A program made the translations under genes and the position numbers. From contig NC_043013.1 in assembly GCF_006345805.1 (NCBI RefSeq), positions 5,766,001 through 5,830,000 on the forward strand: a stretch of 64,000 bases of DNA, given 5' to 3'. Origin of the DNA: Octopus sinensis (Eukaryota). This document shows positions 41,201 to 53,130 of this stretch, piece after piece. Below the pieces are notes generated by a model. That model was not told the DNA's origin and did no database searches. It worked only from the letters and a program-made list of their open reading frames with translations. How positions within the stretch are numbered: the stretch's first letter is position 1; every line of letters starts with the position of its first letter.

Positions 41201-43897
41201 ACAGCATCATGGAAAACTACTCACCATAAAGATTTTGAATTTATATGGATGTTTACTCCCAAGCTAAGAAGATCTGTGACCAAAGTTTTTCAGACATGAT
41301 CATCTCAACGTTGGATTTTTTTTCAAGCGTAATGTACCCTGAGCTATTCTCGAATCTGTCTTTTAATGATGGTACAATGTGATTCAAGGGGGATTTGGCT
41401 GCTATTTTAAGATTACTGACTTGTTCTGTCATTAATTATTCACTTAAGTAAACTAAAGTACCATGGAATTTTTTTTTCTCCACAGAACTACAAATATTTT
41501 ACATAAGAATTTAGAATTTCTGAGAGAAAAAAAATCACTTTCTAATAATTATCTTACTGTGGAAACTAATTACTAATCAATATAACCAGCCCTAAAACCA
41601 TCAAGTCCACAGTTTGCCATGCTGATGCAAATTAGACAAATACATACAGTTGAGACATTATTTATTTTACAGTCAGGTGACCTTCCTCAGACCAGAGACC
41701 TGACATGAATGCTTGCTGGGTGGACTTCACTGAAGATCCTTAAGGGCCAGTGGTGGTGGTTTCAAACCAAGCAATGAATTACACCAGCATGGATGGTCCC
41801 TGGTCCTTCAGCAAGGCATCCACACAATTCCAGTTTCCACCTACCATATTCCACTCACCCACAACCATCATCTGGGACACACAGCCACAATATTATTCCA
41901 TTCACTTGCAGCTAGACAGTTAATGACGGGGCTATGTCTTTTAAATTTTACTCATTTCAGTCTATGGCCATGCTGAGGCACTGCCTTAAAGAACTTTTAG
42001 TCAAATGTATCAACCCCCTGCACTTATTTTTTAAAGCCTGGTACCAATTCTGTCAGTCTCCTTTGCTGAACCGCTAGGTTACAGGGGCATAAACACACCA
42101 GCATTGGTGGTGGTGGTGGTGGGGAACAAACACAAAGACACATTATTTATTTATATATATATATATATACATACACACACACACATATATATATATACAT
42201 ACACACACACACAAACACATACATATACAATGGACTTCTTTCAGTTTCTGTCTACCATATTCATTCACAAGGGCTGTAGTAGAAGATACTTGCTCAAGGT
42301 GCCAAGCAGTTGAACTGAACCCAGAGCCACATGGTCTGGAAGCAAGCTTCAGCCACAAACATATGGAACAAAGAGGTAAAATTTATTAAATCAACATGCA
42401 ATATGATTCTGGAACTCATTTTATTGACCCCTCTTCTCTCCAGATGAATGAAAGGCTAAGTCAACCCTTAATAAAACACAAAGTATTTTCTCCACTCCCT
42501 ATTTTTGCAAGTCATTTCCCTTCAAGCCACACATCAGTGTGAAAGTAGTTCCACTGAACAGGCTACAAATATCTTATTTACTAAGGAAGCTCACTAAAAG
42601 TCAAGTCAGGTATATTTAGTAGAACTAAATAGTCATCTTTCTGAGTCATAACTATTACTTCTCAGCTGTTTGACCATGACCAAAAGTGTACTGCTTAAAT
42701 CCTGGCCATTCAGTCTGAATTGAATCCAGACTTTGAGCATTACATAAGAATGGTGGAACATGGTTCATTACTCCAAAAAGTCACAAATGAAAGAGACATG
42801 CAACTTAGTTAACTCTTTTGTTTCAATTAAAAATGATGAAAGTTTCACTAAAATAACTTATTATTAAGCTGGGGTTTGGAGGATTTTAACTGTTTCCTTA
42901 TATTTCTGTTGAAATACACTGGTTTTGTTTTAATTTTGGAAATAATGAAGTGGGACATTTTAATTTAGATAATTTAGATAATTTTAAAACAAAGTTTGTA
43001 TCACAGGACCAAGGGCAGTATCATATAGGTTAATCTTCCATGTAAATATGTTCGACCACCAAGCTGTTTGTTGTACAAAGGACCAAAGGACTAGCGAAAA
43101 ATATTACCCGACTTGGAAACAGGTGAGGTTAGGCAACAGAGAGAGTATTCAGCTATTGAAAGTGTGCCTCCACAAATTCTGTCCAACCCATGTCAGAATG
43201 GAAAAGTGAACATTGAAATAATGAATGATATTCCTTCCACTTGATTTGTTTGACATTTCTTCACCCATCTGTTATCCTCCATACACATCATATGATCTTC
43301 CCACCTACACACTACAAAGGTTTCCCTCAAAAGCCCTCACACCCAACTTTCAGCTCATCTATGTTAAGAATACACATCTAACAGCTCGTACTCACCTCAC
43401 TTCTTTCCAGACAGGTTTCATTTATTCCAGTTAATTGGAAAACAAAACCTTTCTAATTAGTTTGATCAGGTTTTTGGCAAATAATACCTTTGTTCTTAAA
43501 GACAATAATTATTCTGACAGGTCATAATTGACCTGATAGTGAGTTATTTGGTCAGGTGACATTCAGTATAGAGAGTATCCTTTAAATGTAATATTTTGAT
43601 GTAGCCCCTCCGTAGCCAACCTGCTAGAAACAGCAAACCAAATTTTCCTTAAATCACACTTAGTGATAATGTAGTCCAAGACATTTAAAAAAAAAAAAAA
43701 AAAGGGGGCCACAGAATGTTTTGACTGGAGGTCTGCTTGATCAGGACTGATTTGATTTGGAGAGCTCAGGTAAATCCTTTTGATATAAAATTACGTTTAT
43801 CAGATTGTTTTCAGATATATCTATGAGATTGAGATGTGGCCCTGTTTTCTATGACAGTTGGCAGAAACAGCAGTGAACAGAACAAAGATGAAAATGT

Positions 43898-43928
<31 letters not shown>

Positions 43929-45515
43929 CACGTGCATGCACATGTCAGTTTAATAGCCACTTTTCCATGCTAGCATGGTTTAGACAGAGTTTACTGAGGC
44001 TGACCTTCTACGGCCGGATGCCCTTCCAGTTTATAAGTAAGGCAATACTTCCCTATGATCAGACATGTTTTCATAGAAGATTGGAAACAAATGACACAGC
44101 TTACATGATGGTGACACTCAGACACACACACAATACATATTCAAACTTCTTTCAGTTTTCATCCACCAAATTCACTCTCACAAGGGTCTGCTTAGCTTGG
44201 GGCTAGAATACAAAAAGACACTAGCCAAAGGTGTTATGCAATGAGATTGAACCTGAATCCAGGCAGTTGGGAAGCAAACTTCTTACCACACAGCCATGCC
44301 TGCACCTCATATATATAAATTCTTGTTTCAGTCATTGGATAGCAGCCATGCTGGGATAAGACTTTGAAGAGTTTTCGATTGATTAAACTGACCTCAGTAC
44401 TTATTTTCATATTTGGCACTTATTCTATCAGTCTCATATTGCCAAACCATTAAGTCACAGAGACAAAAACAAACCAAAACTTGTCAAGTGATGAAACACA
44501 AACACACACAACAGGCTTCTTTATAGTTCCTGTTAGCCACATATACTCAAAAGGCACTTGTCAGTCCAGGGCCGTAGTAAAAGACACTTGTCCAAGATGG
44601 TGAGCAGTGAGACTGAACCTGAAATCATGGTGGTTGTACAATGAACCACAGAGCCACACATGGATTATTACACACACACACTCATGTGGAGTTAAAAATC
44701 CCAAGGACCATGGATTTTGCTTTTCCTTTCTCTCGGGCCACCACTAGGATAGTAAAATAAAACAGTTTACTGTGGTTCCACGAAGAGTGAAATAAAATAT
44801 TTCCTCTCTTTGCAACATCTCTGAGGATTGGCAGATAGATGCACTTACTTGATGACAACCAAGGAAATTTAATAGGTTAGACAACAGTAGCAAAGTTCTA
44901 CTGCACAAGAGTCTTCTTGCTATTTTGTTATGGGAACCAAGACTGAAACGTGAGTAGCTCCAGGAAGAAAATTTTATTTACCATTTTTAAAAACTGAACA
45001 TTACCAAAGCTTCACAGAATAGCTGAGTCTCACACACTAATTGCTGTATATTGTCAACATTTACTTGGAAGATTAAATTAACCCGAGTACATCCACTCAA
45101 TATCTCCCCAGGTTAATTTGTACTCCTTAATGTTGACAGATTATATTATTCTGACTCAGTCCAACTAATTCTCCTCTCTGTTATCCCTACCAAAAAAGCT
45201 ACGATTCAGCCCTTATATACCCAAGGCGACAACCGTATCTTCAGTTTTACAGCTGCCTTAATTCTCTGTACAACAGCCATACAGAATCATCATACATACA
45301 TACTTATGAACAAGGTACGTTTGGTATGGTATGTCTCTATTTCAACCAGTCCATGTGACCGTAAATATACTGTCAGGGGCTCCATCACAGCCTAAGACGT
45401 CTCTGGAACAGCAGACTTTAATTACTTATTTACACCGTATTTGGAGCCAAGCTGGCTCCGTGTATGAACAGAATAGCGGGACCAGTGCGTTTCCACACCT
45501 AGATTGACACACACG

Positions 45516-45582
<67 letters not shown>

Positions 45583-48500
45583 TTAGGTAAGGTTTACGAA
45601 AGTGCAGGCAACCCAGGAATGGCCACAAAAAAAATTATCTAGACAAAGAACCGCAGTTAATAGCCGTGCGCTGCTAACAGCATTGTGTCACAACTGATTT
45701 GACACCAGTGACTGGTGAGGTAGGGGTGGAGTCAAACACTCACCATCGCTATTAACCCCCTCCTAGCGAAGGGAGAAAGGGGGCAAAAAGTTGTAAAAAA
45801 ATACAAAAAAAATATCGCAAGAAATTTGGTCCACGCAAGGGACTTAATCTATTGTGTGTGTGTGTAGAGGGAATAAGTTTACATAGAGAAAATCTGGGTT
45901 ATTTTTATATAGTTTTTGCTGCTGTTGAAATAATGAAATTGATTAACGATGGTGCTGTGATGGGAAATTATTATTATTAATAATAATAATAATAATTAAA
46001 GACGTCTATTTACAATGAGATAAGAGAGGAGAGAATACGGTGGGGAGAAAGACTGTGAGAAGAAAATATCTGCGGGAAGGATTGCACGTGGAGTATCGAC
46101 AAATACTAATGGTAGAATACCGAGCACAACTACATATGCATTACACACACACACACACTTGGATATACATATGTATCTAATATTATATATATAAATATAC
46201 ATACATGTGTGTGTGTGATGCAATGAAAGAGAACAGCAGCAACAATCAGAAGCAGAGAAGTGTGGTTTCATTAAAAAAGAAACTGGCTTTATTGCACCAC
46301 ATGGCCTACTTCTTTGTAACTTAAGCTTGCCAAGTAGACACACGTTATTTCTATTGTCCAGCCGGCGGAGTGGCCACCGGGAGAACCGATGTTTTTTTTT
46401 AAGGGTTTTTTTTATACCCCACCACAATCTATATCTCCCGTTCTTTATAAAATAGTACGAAAGTGGGTAGAAGGTAGATTGATTTCTTTCAACCCTTCGG
46501 ATTATAATCACCTTAAGGATCATCACCTCGACGTGAAATTAAGTACCATTAAGCGAGTTGAGCAATTTTATACCTGTTTAAAAATTACTACTTATTATCA
46601 ATGGAAAATATAAAAAAGGTTTGATATAGAATATAATTTTTCAGAAGTTATGAAATAAAAGCGATTGACTATGGAAATAGAGAGACGAGATTAACAAGCA
46701 CCGTTCGTGGTCATTTTTAGTTTATAATGGGGTAAAATGTTCTTATGTAAATACTTTGCGTACTTAGAATACGAACGTATAAATATATATATACACACAC
46801 ACACACACGTGTATAAATGCGAGAGTAGTGGGTCATACTGGATCACCACCACATATATTTTGAGATATATATATTTTAATTTTGTAGTCATCTGTTCGTC
46901 TTAGGCACCACGAACCACACACAGAGTGATATGACAAGTCGAATACATGAGATACACACACATATATATATATATATATATGCACAGATTCACACGCATA
47001 CACAAGGGGAATACTTCTACGTGAAATAATTAGCGGAATCCAAATTTCACCGTTTCTACCTCAAACAAATGGACTGGTCATGGATGGAACACCTTTGATC
47101 ATAACTCTACTCGATCAAGACTGGCCCAGTGTTAAACTACTACACCAAGCACACACACACACACACACATCTATTTAGACAAACACACGCGTGTAATTTC
47201 TGAGGTGAATTTCTTCTTATTTTCAACGCTCCATTTTTCACCTCCTTCGTACCTATCGCTCCTCATACATACATACACATATATATATATGGCGATCTTT
47301 ATATATATATATATATATATACCTATACCTATATATATATACCTATATATATATGGTCACATATATGATTCACACGAAGACAGACCACATACATACATAG
47401 TGTGTCAAATAATTAACACAAAATTTAAAAAAACCAACACACAAAAAAATCCTCGAAACTATCAAAAATCTAAGTTAATATTTCACAATATTAACAAAAT
47501 GAGAGAGAAAATAAAATGAAAAAAAACCTAATCGAAGAGAAGGCCTTAAGAAAAAAAAAATGCAAGATAGAGAGAGAAGAAAATGAAAATATTTCCGTGA
47601 AGAAAGCATGTGTTCTTGGCGTCCAATTAGTGGGTGACAAAACAAGGAACTGTGCCATATGTAAAGCATGTGGTGTTGCTGTTTGTCTTGTATTATTGTG
47701 GATTTTCAGGACTTTCTCATTTAAAGATTCTGTCGGTTCCACCACCAAGAAGTTCCAAAGCTGTTCTTCAAACTAAATAGACGAACGATCGGTGATATTA
47801 TTTAGAAGGGATTATAATATATTTTAAGTTCTCTACATGTGTGTGCACGGGTATATATATAAATATAGAGGCGAATATATATATACGAGTATTTATACAT
47901 GGTTGTGTCAGGCTGACTGCGAGTTGGTCGAGAGACGAGTGTTAATTAATTTTAGCTGATTTTGTTAATTGGATAATTCAAATGTATGAAAGTAAATTTA
48001 AAAATATATATGGGTATGGTCATAGTTTGAAATTAGTGAACTATAATGGTGATTATTATTATTATTTAGCGGTGATGGTGATAATAGAGATACATGTGCT
48101 GCAATATATATAAGGACATATATAAAGTGGAGAAGGCCACGGATTCGGGTCTGTATATGTGTGGAGGATAATGTATTGTATATAAGATGTATATATGTAT
48201 CGAATTATATAAACACGGACTAAATAGAGAGAAGAGGTAGGCTGCTTGGAAAAGTGAATGGAAAAAAGTACAAGCGAAAATGATGAAAGCTTCACAGAAA
48301 GAAAGAGCAAAGGAGAGAGACAAGAGGGAGAGGAGAAAGAGGAACAGATGATGATAGAGAGGGGGACGAGAGAGAATAAGAGAGGGGGATTGAGAGAGAT
48401 AGTATGGTGGAGATATATATATGTATGTATATGTATATTTCTTATGAAAGAAAGGAATTGTTCTAGGCGAAAAAAGTGAAGATTTAATGAAAAGTTGATT

Positions 48501-48614
48501 GAAGATGTTTTTTCGTTTGTTTAACGTACCATTTACCATGTCGCCGACCATTTTATATTTGGTGACGACTAAATCCTGGGCAGGAGAATTCTCGGTGTCT
48601 TCTTTGTCAGCCAT
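8737..48614 (-). CDS. PA2G4: Proliferation-associated protein 2G4 (EBP1, MetAP2-like fold), 13 coding exons, 391 aa (gene span)
   Basis: Hand-spliced exons of 85,129,106,70,93,64,79,79,79,52,95,128,117 nt (1176 nt) keep one frame with GT-AG introns. The product carries [72 protein letters not shown] and KKKKKK, all hallmark EBP1 motifs. Confidence 0.97.
10545..10672 (-). CDS. PA2G4: PA2G4 exon 12 ([43 protein letters not shown])
   Basis: ttgtcAG acceptor, GTGAGT donor; 128 nt; also visible inside ORF 10278..10709. Confidence 0.96.
11957..12051 (-). CDS. PA2G4: PA2G4 exon 11 ([31 protein letters not shown])
   Basis: tttcAG acceptor, GTATAT donor; 95 nt. Confidence 0.95.
12881..13288 (+). mobile_element. 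tRNA-derived CORE-type SINE (family A) with an internal (TA/TG)n tract
   Basis: A box tggctgtgt.., B box ggttcagtccc, CORE-like cttgagcaagtgtctt. Copies at ~950-1295, 13610-13942 (-), 19040-19365, 21407-21787 (-), 33085-33505, 41950-42355 (-), 50025-50368 (-), 52217-52600, 53445-53823 (-) and 63035-63425. Confidence 0.85.
14153..14204 (-). CDS. PA2G4: PA2G4 exon 10 ([18 protein letters not shown])
   Basis: ctcttttAG acceptor, GTAAGT donor; 52 nt. Confidence 0.94.
16021..16099 (-). CDS. PA2G4: PA2G4 exon 9 ([26 protein letters not shown])
   Basis: ttttaaAG acceptor, GTAAGT donor; 79 nt. Confidence 0.93.
17630..17708 (-). CDS. PA2G4: PA2G4 exon 8 ([26 protein letters not shown])
   Basis: tgtgtAG acceptor, GTAAAT donor; 79 nt. 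Confidence 0.96.
19487..19565 (-). CDS. PA2G4: PA2G4 exon 7 ([27 protein letters not shown])
   Basis: ttgcAG acceptor, GTAAGC donor; 79 nt. Confidence 0.96.
21007..21070 (-). CDS. PA2G4: PA2G4 exon 6 ([21 protein letters not shown])
   Basis: ttgtAG acceptor, GTAAAT donor; 64 nt. Confidence 0.95.
21407..21787 (-). mobile_element. SINE family A, low-divergence copy
   Basis: Full length; shares variants (ggcatctt, ctgctatagc, caatgccttg) with the 12881 copy. Confidence 0.85.
22562..22654 (-). CDS. PA2G4: PA2G4 exon 5 ([31 protein letters not shown])
   Basis: gttcAG acceptor, GTAAGT donor; 93 nt. Confidence 0.96.
22787..23006 (+). mobile_element. piggyBac-like MITE family D
   Basis: TTAA-flanked; CCCTTTCGTTAC terminus. 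Confidence 0.85.
23258..23478 (+). mobile_element. piggyBac-like MITE family D
   Basis: TTAA-flanked; both TIRs intact. Confidence 0.85.
23579..23857. mobile_element. hAT (Charlie-like) MITE
   Basis: TIR cagggctggccaact / agttggccaggcctg; 8-bp TSD ctcaagta / atcaagta. Confidence 0.85.
23935..25000 (+). mobile_element. Highly decayed Penelope-like element remnant
   Basis: Two ~70-nt diverged direct repeats (~23942, ~24354) containing c(t)gatgaagg; peptide traces [12 protein letters not shown] and [17 protein letters not shown]. Confidence 0.35.
25354..25925. mobile_element. Three nested TTAA-targeting MITEs
   Basis: Outer 25354-25925, middle 25413-25757, inner 25502-25721; each has CCC..GGG ends and TTAA/TTAG flanks. 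Confidence 0.8.
25969..26136. mobile_element. Tc/mariner-superfamily (Tc2/pogo-type) MITE
   Basis: ~28-bp TIR ccatattttaatttgtataaggaacccc / ggggttccttatacacgttaaaatatgg; TA on the left. Confidence 0.7.
26201..26270 (-). CDS. PA2G4: PA2G4 exon 4 ([23 protein letters not shown])
   Basis: ctctctccAG acceptor, GTGAGT donor; 70 nt. Confidence 0.96.
27386..27832. mobile_element. Fold-back / MITE-like element with ~100-bp internal inverted arms
   Basis: Arms ~27471-27570 and 27709-27807; outer TIR CAGGGTCGGGA / TCCCGACACTG with TA on the left. Confidence 0.8.
27639..27684 (-). ncRNA. Minimal type-I hammerhead ribozyme-like motif (degenerate)
   Basis: ttttgcg-CTGATGA-A-GGG-aaataa-CCC-G-GAAA-TCGCGA-TA-cacaga; palindromic stem-III loop ATCGCGAT; 6-bp stem I with one mismatch. 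Confidence 0.5.
30421..30526 (-). CDS. PA2G4: PA2G4 exon 3 ([36 protein letters not shown])
   Basis: tttttcAG acceptor, GTAAGT donor; 106 nt. Confidence 0.96.
30795..31034. mobile_element. hAT (Charlie-like) MITE inserted in a SINE
   Basis: TIR cagtggttcccaaa / tttgggaaccactg; 8-bp TSD gtttaggt / gtttagtt. Confidence 0.85.
37200..37560 (+). mobile_element. Decayed Penelope-like reverse transcriptase fragment
   Basis: Across frames: [31 protein letters not shown], resembling the PLE RT pattern YGLPKIHK/RPI/DV.SLY. Confidence 0.4.
39017..39157. mobile_element. hAT (Charlie-like) MITE
   Basis: cagtgctccgc .. gcagaacactg ends; 8-bp TSD ctctagag / ctttagag. Confidence 0.75.
39672..39800 (-). 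CDS. PA2G4: PA2G4 exon 2 ([43 protein letters not shown])
   Basis: tttcttctacAG acceptor, GTAAAG donor; 129 nt. Confidence 0.95.
48530..48614 (-). CDS. PA2G4: PA2G4 exon 1 ([28 protein letters not shown])
   Basis: ATG in ccaacATGG context; donor G|GTACGT at 48529; 85 nt, phase 1. Confidence 0.93.
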
Positions 48615-48637
48615 GTTGGAAGTATGAAGAGTTCCAA

Positions 48638-48648
48638 GTAAAGGAAGG
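48638..48648 (-). promoter_or_regulatory. Candidate TCT-like / pyrimidine-rich transcription start (CCTTCCTTTAC) about 29 nt upstream of the ATG
   Basis: Minus strand reads gccttcctttacttgg...ccaacATG; one mismatch to YYCTTTYY. Confidence 0.35.
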
Positions 48649-49069
48649 CGGGAACGACACCAGCCTCACTCTCACCTTCAAACAACAACACCGCCGTCAC
48701 CACCACCACATATACACACACACACACATTCATACCTACAGATGCACGCACTCACATGTACAGAAATACGTACTGACTGACGCACGCACGCACGCACATA
48801 CAGACTACGTAACAGACACATGCGCGCACACACATAAGTAAAAACGCATGCACACAGACACATACTGATGCGCGCACATACATATCCGCACTAACGCGCA
48901 CACATACATACTGACAGACGCATAGTCATACAGACGGCTACAAGGCACACACACACACACACATGCTGATCCCTACATATATATATACATACATATATAC
49001 AGTCCCCCCCAACATATATATATATATATACACCCTCTCCATGCTTCGTTCATTTTTATCTTGTTACTC

Positions 49070-49650
49070 GTTGAAATTTCCCTCCTCCTCCTGCACCTCA
49101 TTTCATTGTACCCCTATTCACTATCACATTCTCTCTCTCTCTCCCTCTCTCTATCTATCTATCTATCAACCTACCCATTTATATTTTACCTTGCTTCCTC
49201 GGTTCTCCATTCTCTCTCCTTCATCTCTCACTTTTACTTTTTTTTACAATTTCCCCCCTCTCCTAATTCTTTCTCCCTCTTTTTACCTTTTCTATCTCTC
49301 TCTGTCTGTCTGTCTATTCCCCTCTCTGTCACTTTTCCTTCCTCTCTCCCCCTCTCTCTCTACACGGTCTATCTCTCCCACTCTCTCTCTCTAAATTGTA
49401 TTTTTCTCTTCGTTCTCCCTCTTTCTTTTCATTCATTTCTATATCTCTTCTATTCTCCCCCTCACGCTTTCCCTTTCTCTCTAACTTTTATCTATTTAAT
49501 TCTTTCTGTCTCTCTCTCTCTCCTCCTCCTCTCTCTTTACTACCGCGATTTTATTCTTTTCTCTGTCTCTCATTTACGCACGTTCCTATTGCTATTCTGT
49601 TACCCATGTATTGCCCTTCTTCAATACCTCACTCTGTACTTCTCTCTCCC
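49070..49650. repeat. Long CT-rich polypyrimidine/polypurine low-complexity tract upstream of PA2G4
   Basis: Repeated (CT)n and CCT runs with very few G on the + strand. Confidence 0.85.
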
Positions 49651-51159
49651 CACATACATATACACCACACACACGTATATATATATATGTCTATTTTCAT
49701 AAAGCTTCCCGTTATATATATATATGCGGGTCCAAGTAGCCTGTGTGTTCCCTTATTTCATCCAGGACCCGCTTTTATTGTCCGTCACATTTTGTTTATG
49801 ATTCCTTATATACCAACCCAAGACCCCTGCAGCTCTCCCTATTTACCCTATCGCTAGGGCCCTTTTGTCCCCTCGCTCCCCTTTTACTACTTCACACTGT
49901 CCTCTCACTCACCCCATCAGATGTAAGAAGATCAGTTTTCTATGCCCTCCCCTTTTATTCTTTAGAATTTAGTTTCACTTTTTCTTTTTCTATTCTCCCC
50001 CTCCCCTCTCTATATATACTTTTATTCTTTTATTTGTTTCAGTCATTTGACTGCGGCCATGCTGGAGCACCGCCTTTAGTCGAGCAAATCGATCCCAGGA
50101 CTTATTCTTTGTAAGCCTACTACTTATTTTATCGGTCTTTTTTTGCCGAACCGCTTTCTTACGGGGGACTTAAACACACCAGCATTGGTTGTCATCGGTG
50201 GACAAACACACATATATATGCGGTGGGCTTCTTTCAGTTTCCGTCTACTAAATCCACTCACAAGGCTTTGGTTGGCCCGAGGCTATAGAAGACACTTGCC
50301 CAAGTTGTCACACAGTGGGACTGAACCCAGAACCATGTGGTTCTTACCATACAGCCACTCCTGCGCCTATATATATATATATATTTATCTCTGTACCTCT
50401 CTGTCTGCCTATATACTTTGATAAGTACCGTGAACGAAATTTTCGCCCCTTGAGTCAGTTTGTAACATCTGTCGAATCAAAATATATTGTACACACAAAC
50501 ACACCTATATCTATAAATATGTGTGTGTGTGTGTGTTACATGTTTCAGCTGGAGAGTTACAACCATGTTGGGGCACCACTGTTAACTTTGAGAGATTATT
50601 TAAGCCTGACGAGACAGGTTCGTTTGACAAGCCTTGAAGACTCTGAACTGCACGGAGCTGAGTCAAATGGTTATTAATCCTTCGGCATTCAGATTATTCT
50701 GTCACATGTAATGCACATTTATTTACTCTGTTTTGGATTTAATCATACATTATCTTGTAGCTTTGTGATTTAAATGGTACCATCATCATCATCGTTTAAC
50801 GTCCGTTTTCCATGCTAGCATGGGTTGGACGGTTCGACTGGGGTCTGGGAAGCCAGAAGGCTGCTTCAGGCTCCAGTCTGATCTGGCAGTGTTTCTACAG
50901 CTGGATGCCCTTCCTAACGGCAACCACTCCGAAAGTGTAGTGGGTACTCTTTACATGCCACTGGTATGGGGGCCAGTCAAGGCTGCGCTGGCATCAGCCA
51001 CGTCTGGATGGTGCTTTTTACATGCCACTGGCACAGGAGCCAGTCAGGGCAAGGGAGCTGGCATCGACCACGTTCGGATTATGCTTTTTACGTGCCACTT
51101 CCACAGGGAGCCAGACAGGCGGCTCTGGCATCAACCATGACTACAATTTCCATTTGATT

Positions 51160-52211
51160 GTGGTAAAGGGGAAAATGCCTCACAAGCAACCAAAGAAATA
51201 TGCGCCATTTACGGTGATGTTTCTTTATCCAAAAGAACTGTACGGAAGTGGTTCACAAGGTTCCGAGCTAGAGATTGTAGCCTTATTGATAAAGAGCGAT
51301 CAGGCAAACCATCCACTACAGATGATGACCAAATCAAGTCATCAATTGAGAATAATCCACATTGCATAACCTGAGAATTGGCAGAAAGCCTCATCCTCTC
51401 AAAATCCATCGTTCATGAGCACCTGGTAAAGCTTGGGTACACAAATCGCTACAATGTTTCGGTACCATATAAGTTGAGTGAGAAGAACCTTTTGGATCAC
51501 ATTTCCATCTGTGATTCGCTTTATAAATGGAATAAAAACGTGCCTTTTTTCAAGCAAATTGTGACAAGTGATGAGAAATGGATTATCTACCGAAATGTTC
51601 AGAGAAGGCAATCCTGGAGTAAGTGACATGAGCTACCCTTAGCCACCCCAAAAGTGGGTCTTCACCCTAAAAACGTCTTGTTTTGTGTCTGGTGGGATTG
51701 GAAAGGAATTCTGTACTATGAGCTTCTCCCAGGTAAGCAGACAATTCTGAGAAATACTGCACACAACTGGATGAGTTAAAAGCAGCAATTCAAGAGAAAT
51801 GCCCAAAATTGGCCAACAGGAAGGGTGTTGTTTTCCAACATGATAATGCAAGACCACACGTTTCTTTGGGAACCAGACAAAATTTGCTGCTGCTCGGCTG
51901 GGATGTGTTACCCCACCCTCTATATTCACCAGATATTGCTCCTTCGGATTTCCACTTATTCAGGTCTCTGCAGAATAGTCTTAATGGTAAAAATTTCAAT
52001 TCTTTGGATGATGTAAAATGATACCTTGATGAATTCTTTGCCATGAAACCACCTCAATTCTGGGAAGAGGGTATTTTCAAGTTAAAGGAAAGATGGAGAC
52101 GCATTGTGCAACAAAATGGTTCATATTTGGTTGATTAAAAATGTAAAGGCAAGTATTTATTGACCATTTTCTTTCCTTTAAAAATCGGCACGAACTTTCC
52201 GGACAACCAAA
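51160..52211 (+). mobile_element. Mariner transposon (D,D34D), 5'-truncated, with stops and frameshifts
   Basis: IVTSDEKW, HDNARPH and YSPDIAPSDFHLFRSL with 34 aa between the last two Asp; stop at 52136-52138; 3' TIR ...cggcacgaactttccggacaacc followed by TA. Confidence 0.95.
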
Positions 52212-52216
52212 TATAT

Positions 52217-52600
52217 AGGCACAGAAGTGGCCGTGTGGTAAGTAGCTTGTTTCCTAATCACATGGTTCTAGGTTCAGTCCCACTGCATGGTATATTGGGC
52301 AAGTGTCTTCTACTATAGCCTCGGGCTGACCAAAGCCTTGTGAGTGGACTTGGTAGACAGAAACTGAAAGAAGCCTGTCGTATATGTGTGTGTGTATATA
52401 TATGTTTGTGTGTCTGTGTTAGTCCCCACCAACATCGCTTGACAACCGATGCTGGTGTGTTTACGTCACTGTAACTTAGGGGTTCGGCAAAAGAAACTGA
52501 TAGAATGAGTACTAGGCTTACAAAGAATAAGTCCTGGGGTTGATTTGCAGTGCTCCAGCATATCCGCAGTCAAATGACTGAAACAAGTGAAAGAGTAAGA
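52217..52600 (+). mobile_element. SINE family A
   Basis: Full-length copy directly after the mariner TIR. Confidence 0.85.
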
Positions 52601-52677
52601 GAATATCATCACACACACACTCTCACATACACACACAGTCTCTCTCACACATGCACACACACACAAATATAAATGTG

Positions 52678-52716
<39 letters not shown>

Positions 52717-52920
52717 ATATATATATATTTACATACATATAGGTATATATTTGTTTATGTATAAGTGTGTGTGTGATGTGATGTGACGAAGGGTGTGTTT
52801 GTATCCCCCCCAGTACATTTCATTATGCTGAATACCTTTCTTGTCAATTCTAATTGGCTGCATAGCACCCACAATGAATCTCCACAATCATCATCAATAT
52901 CATTTAATTAATTATGGAAA

Positions 52921-53130
52921 GGTGGCAAGCTGGCAGAATCGTTAGCTACCGAGTGAAATGCTTAGCGGTATTTCGTCTGTCTTTATGCTCCGAGTTCAAA
53001 TTCTGCAGAGGTCAACTTTGCCTTTTGTCCTTTCGGGGTCAATAAATTAAGTATCATTTACATACTGGGGTCATTCTAATTGACTGCCCCCCCTCCTCCA
53101 AAAGTTCAGGTCTTGTCCCTAAAGTAGAAA
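52921..53130 (+). mobile_element. tRNA-derived SINE family C (MetaSINE-like central domain)
   Basis: A/B boxes (agctggcagaatcg; gagttcaaattc) plus gtcaactttgcctt..cctttcggggtcaataaattaagta. Copies at ~4600-5058 (three, -), 34925-35085, 54688-54885 (-), 58398-58620 (-) and 61650-61792 (-). Confidence 0.75.

Noticed and set aside
47516-47776. 86-aa ORF with CxxC-like motifs, antisense in intron 1
   Set aside because: No recognisable homology; A-rich low-complexity start; no splice support.
48066-48529. 182-aa ORF continuing past PA2G4 exon 1
   Set aside because: Homology stops at the GT donor (48529); the rest is low-complexity intron.
48668-48680. GAAG|GTGAGA donor-like site upstream of the ATG
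   Set aside because: No AG acceptor between it and the ATG at a plausible intron length.
48963-49857. Long overlapping Leu/Ser/Phe-rich ORFs (143-213 aa)
   Set aside because: Artefact of a CT-rich tract lacking stop codons.
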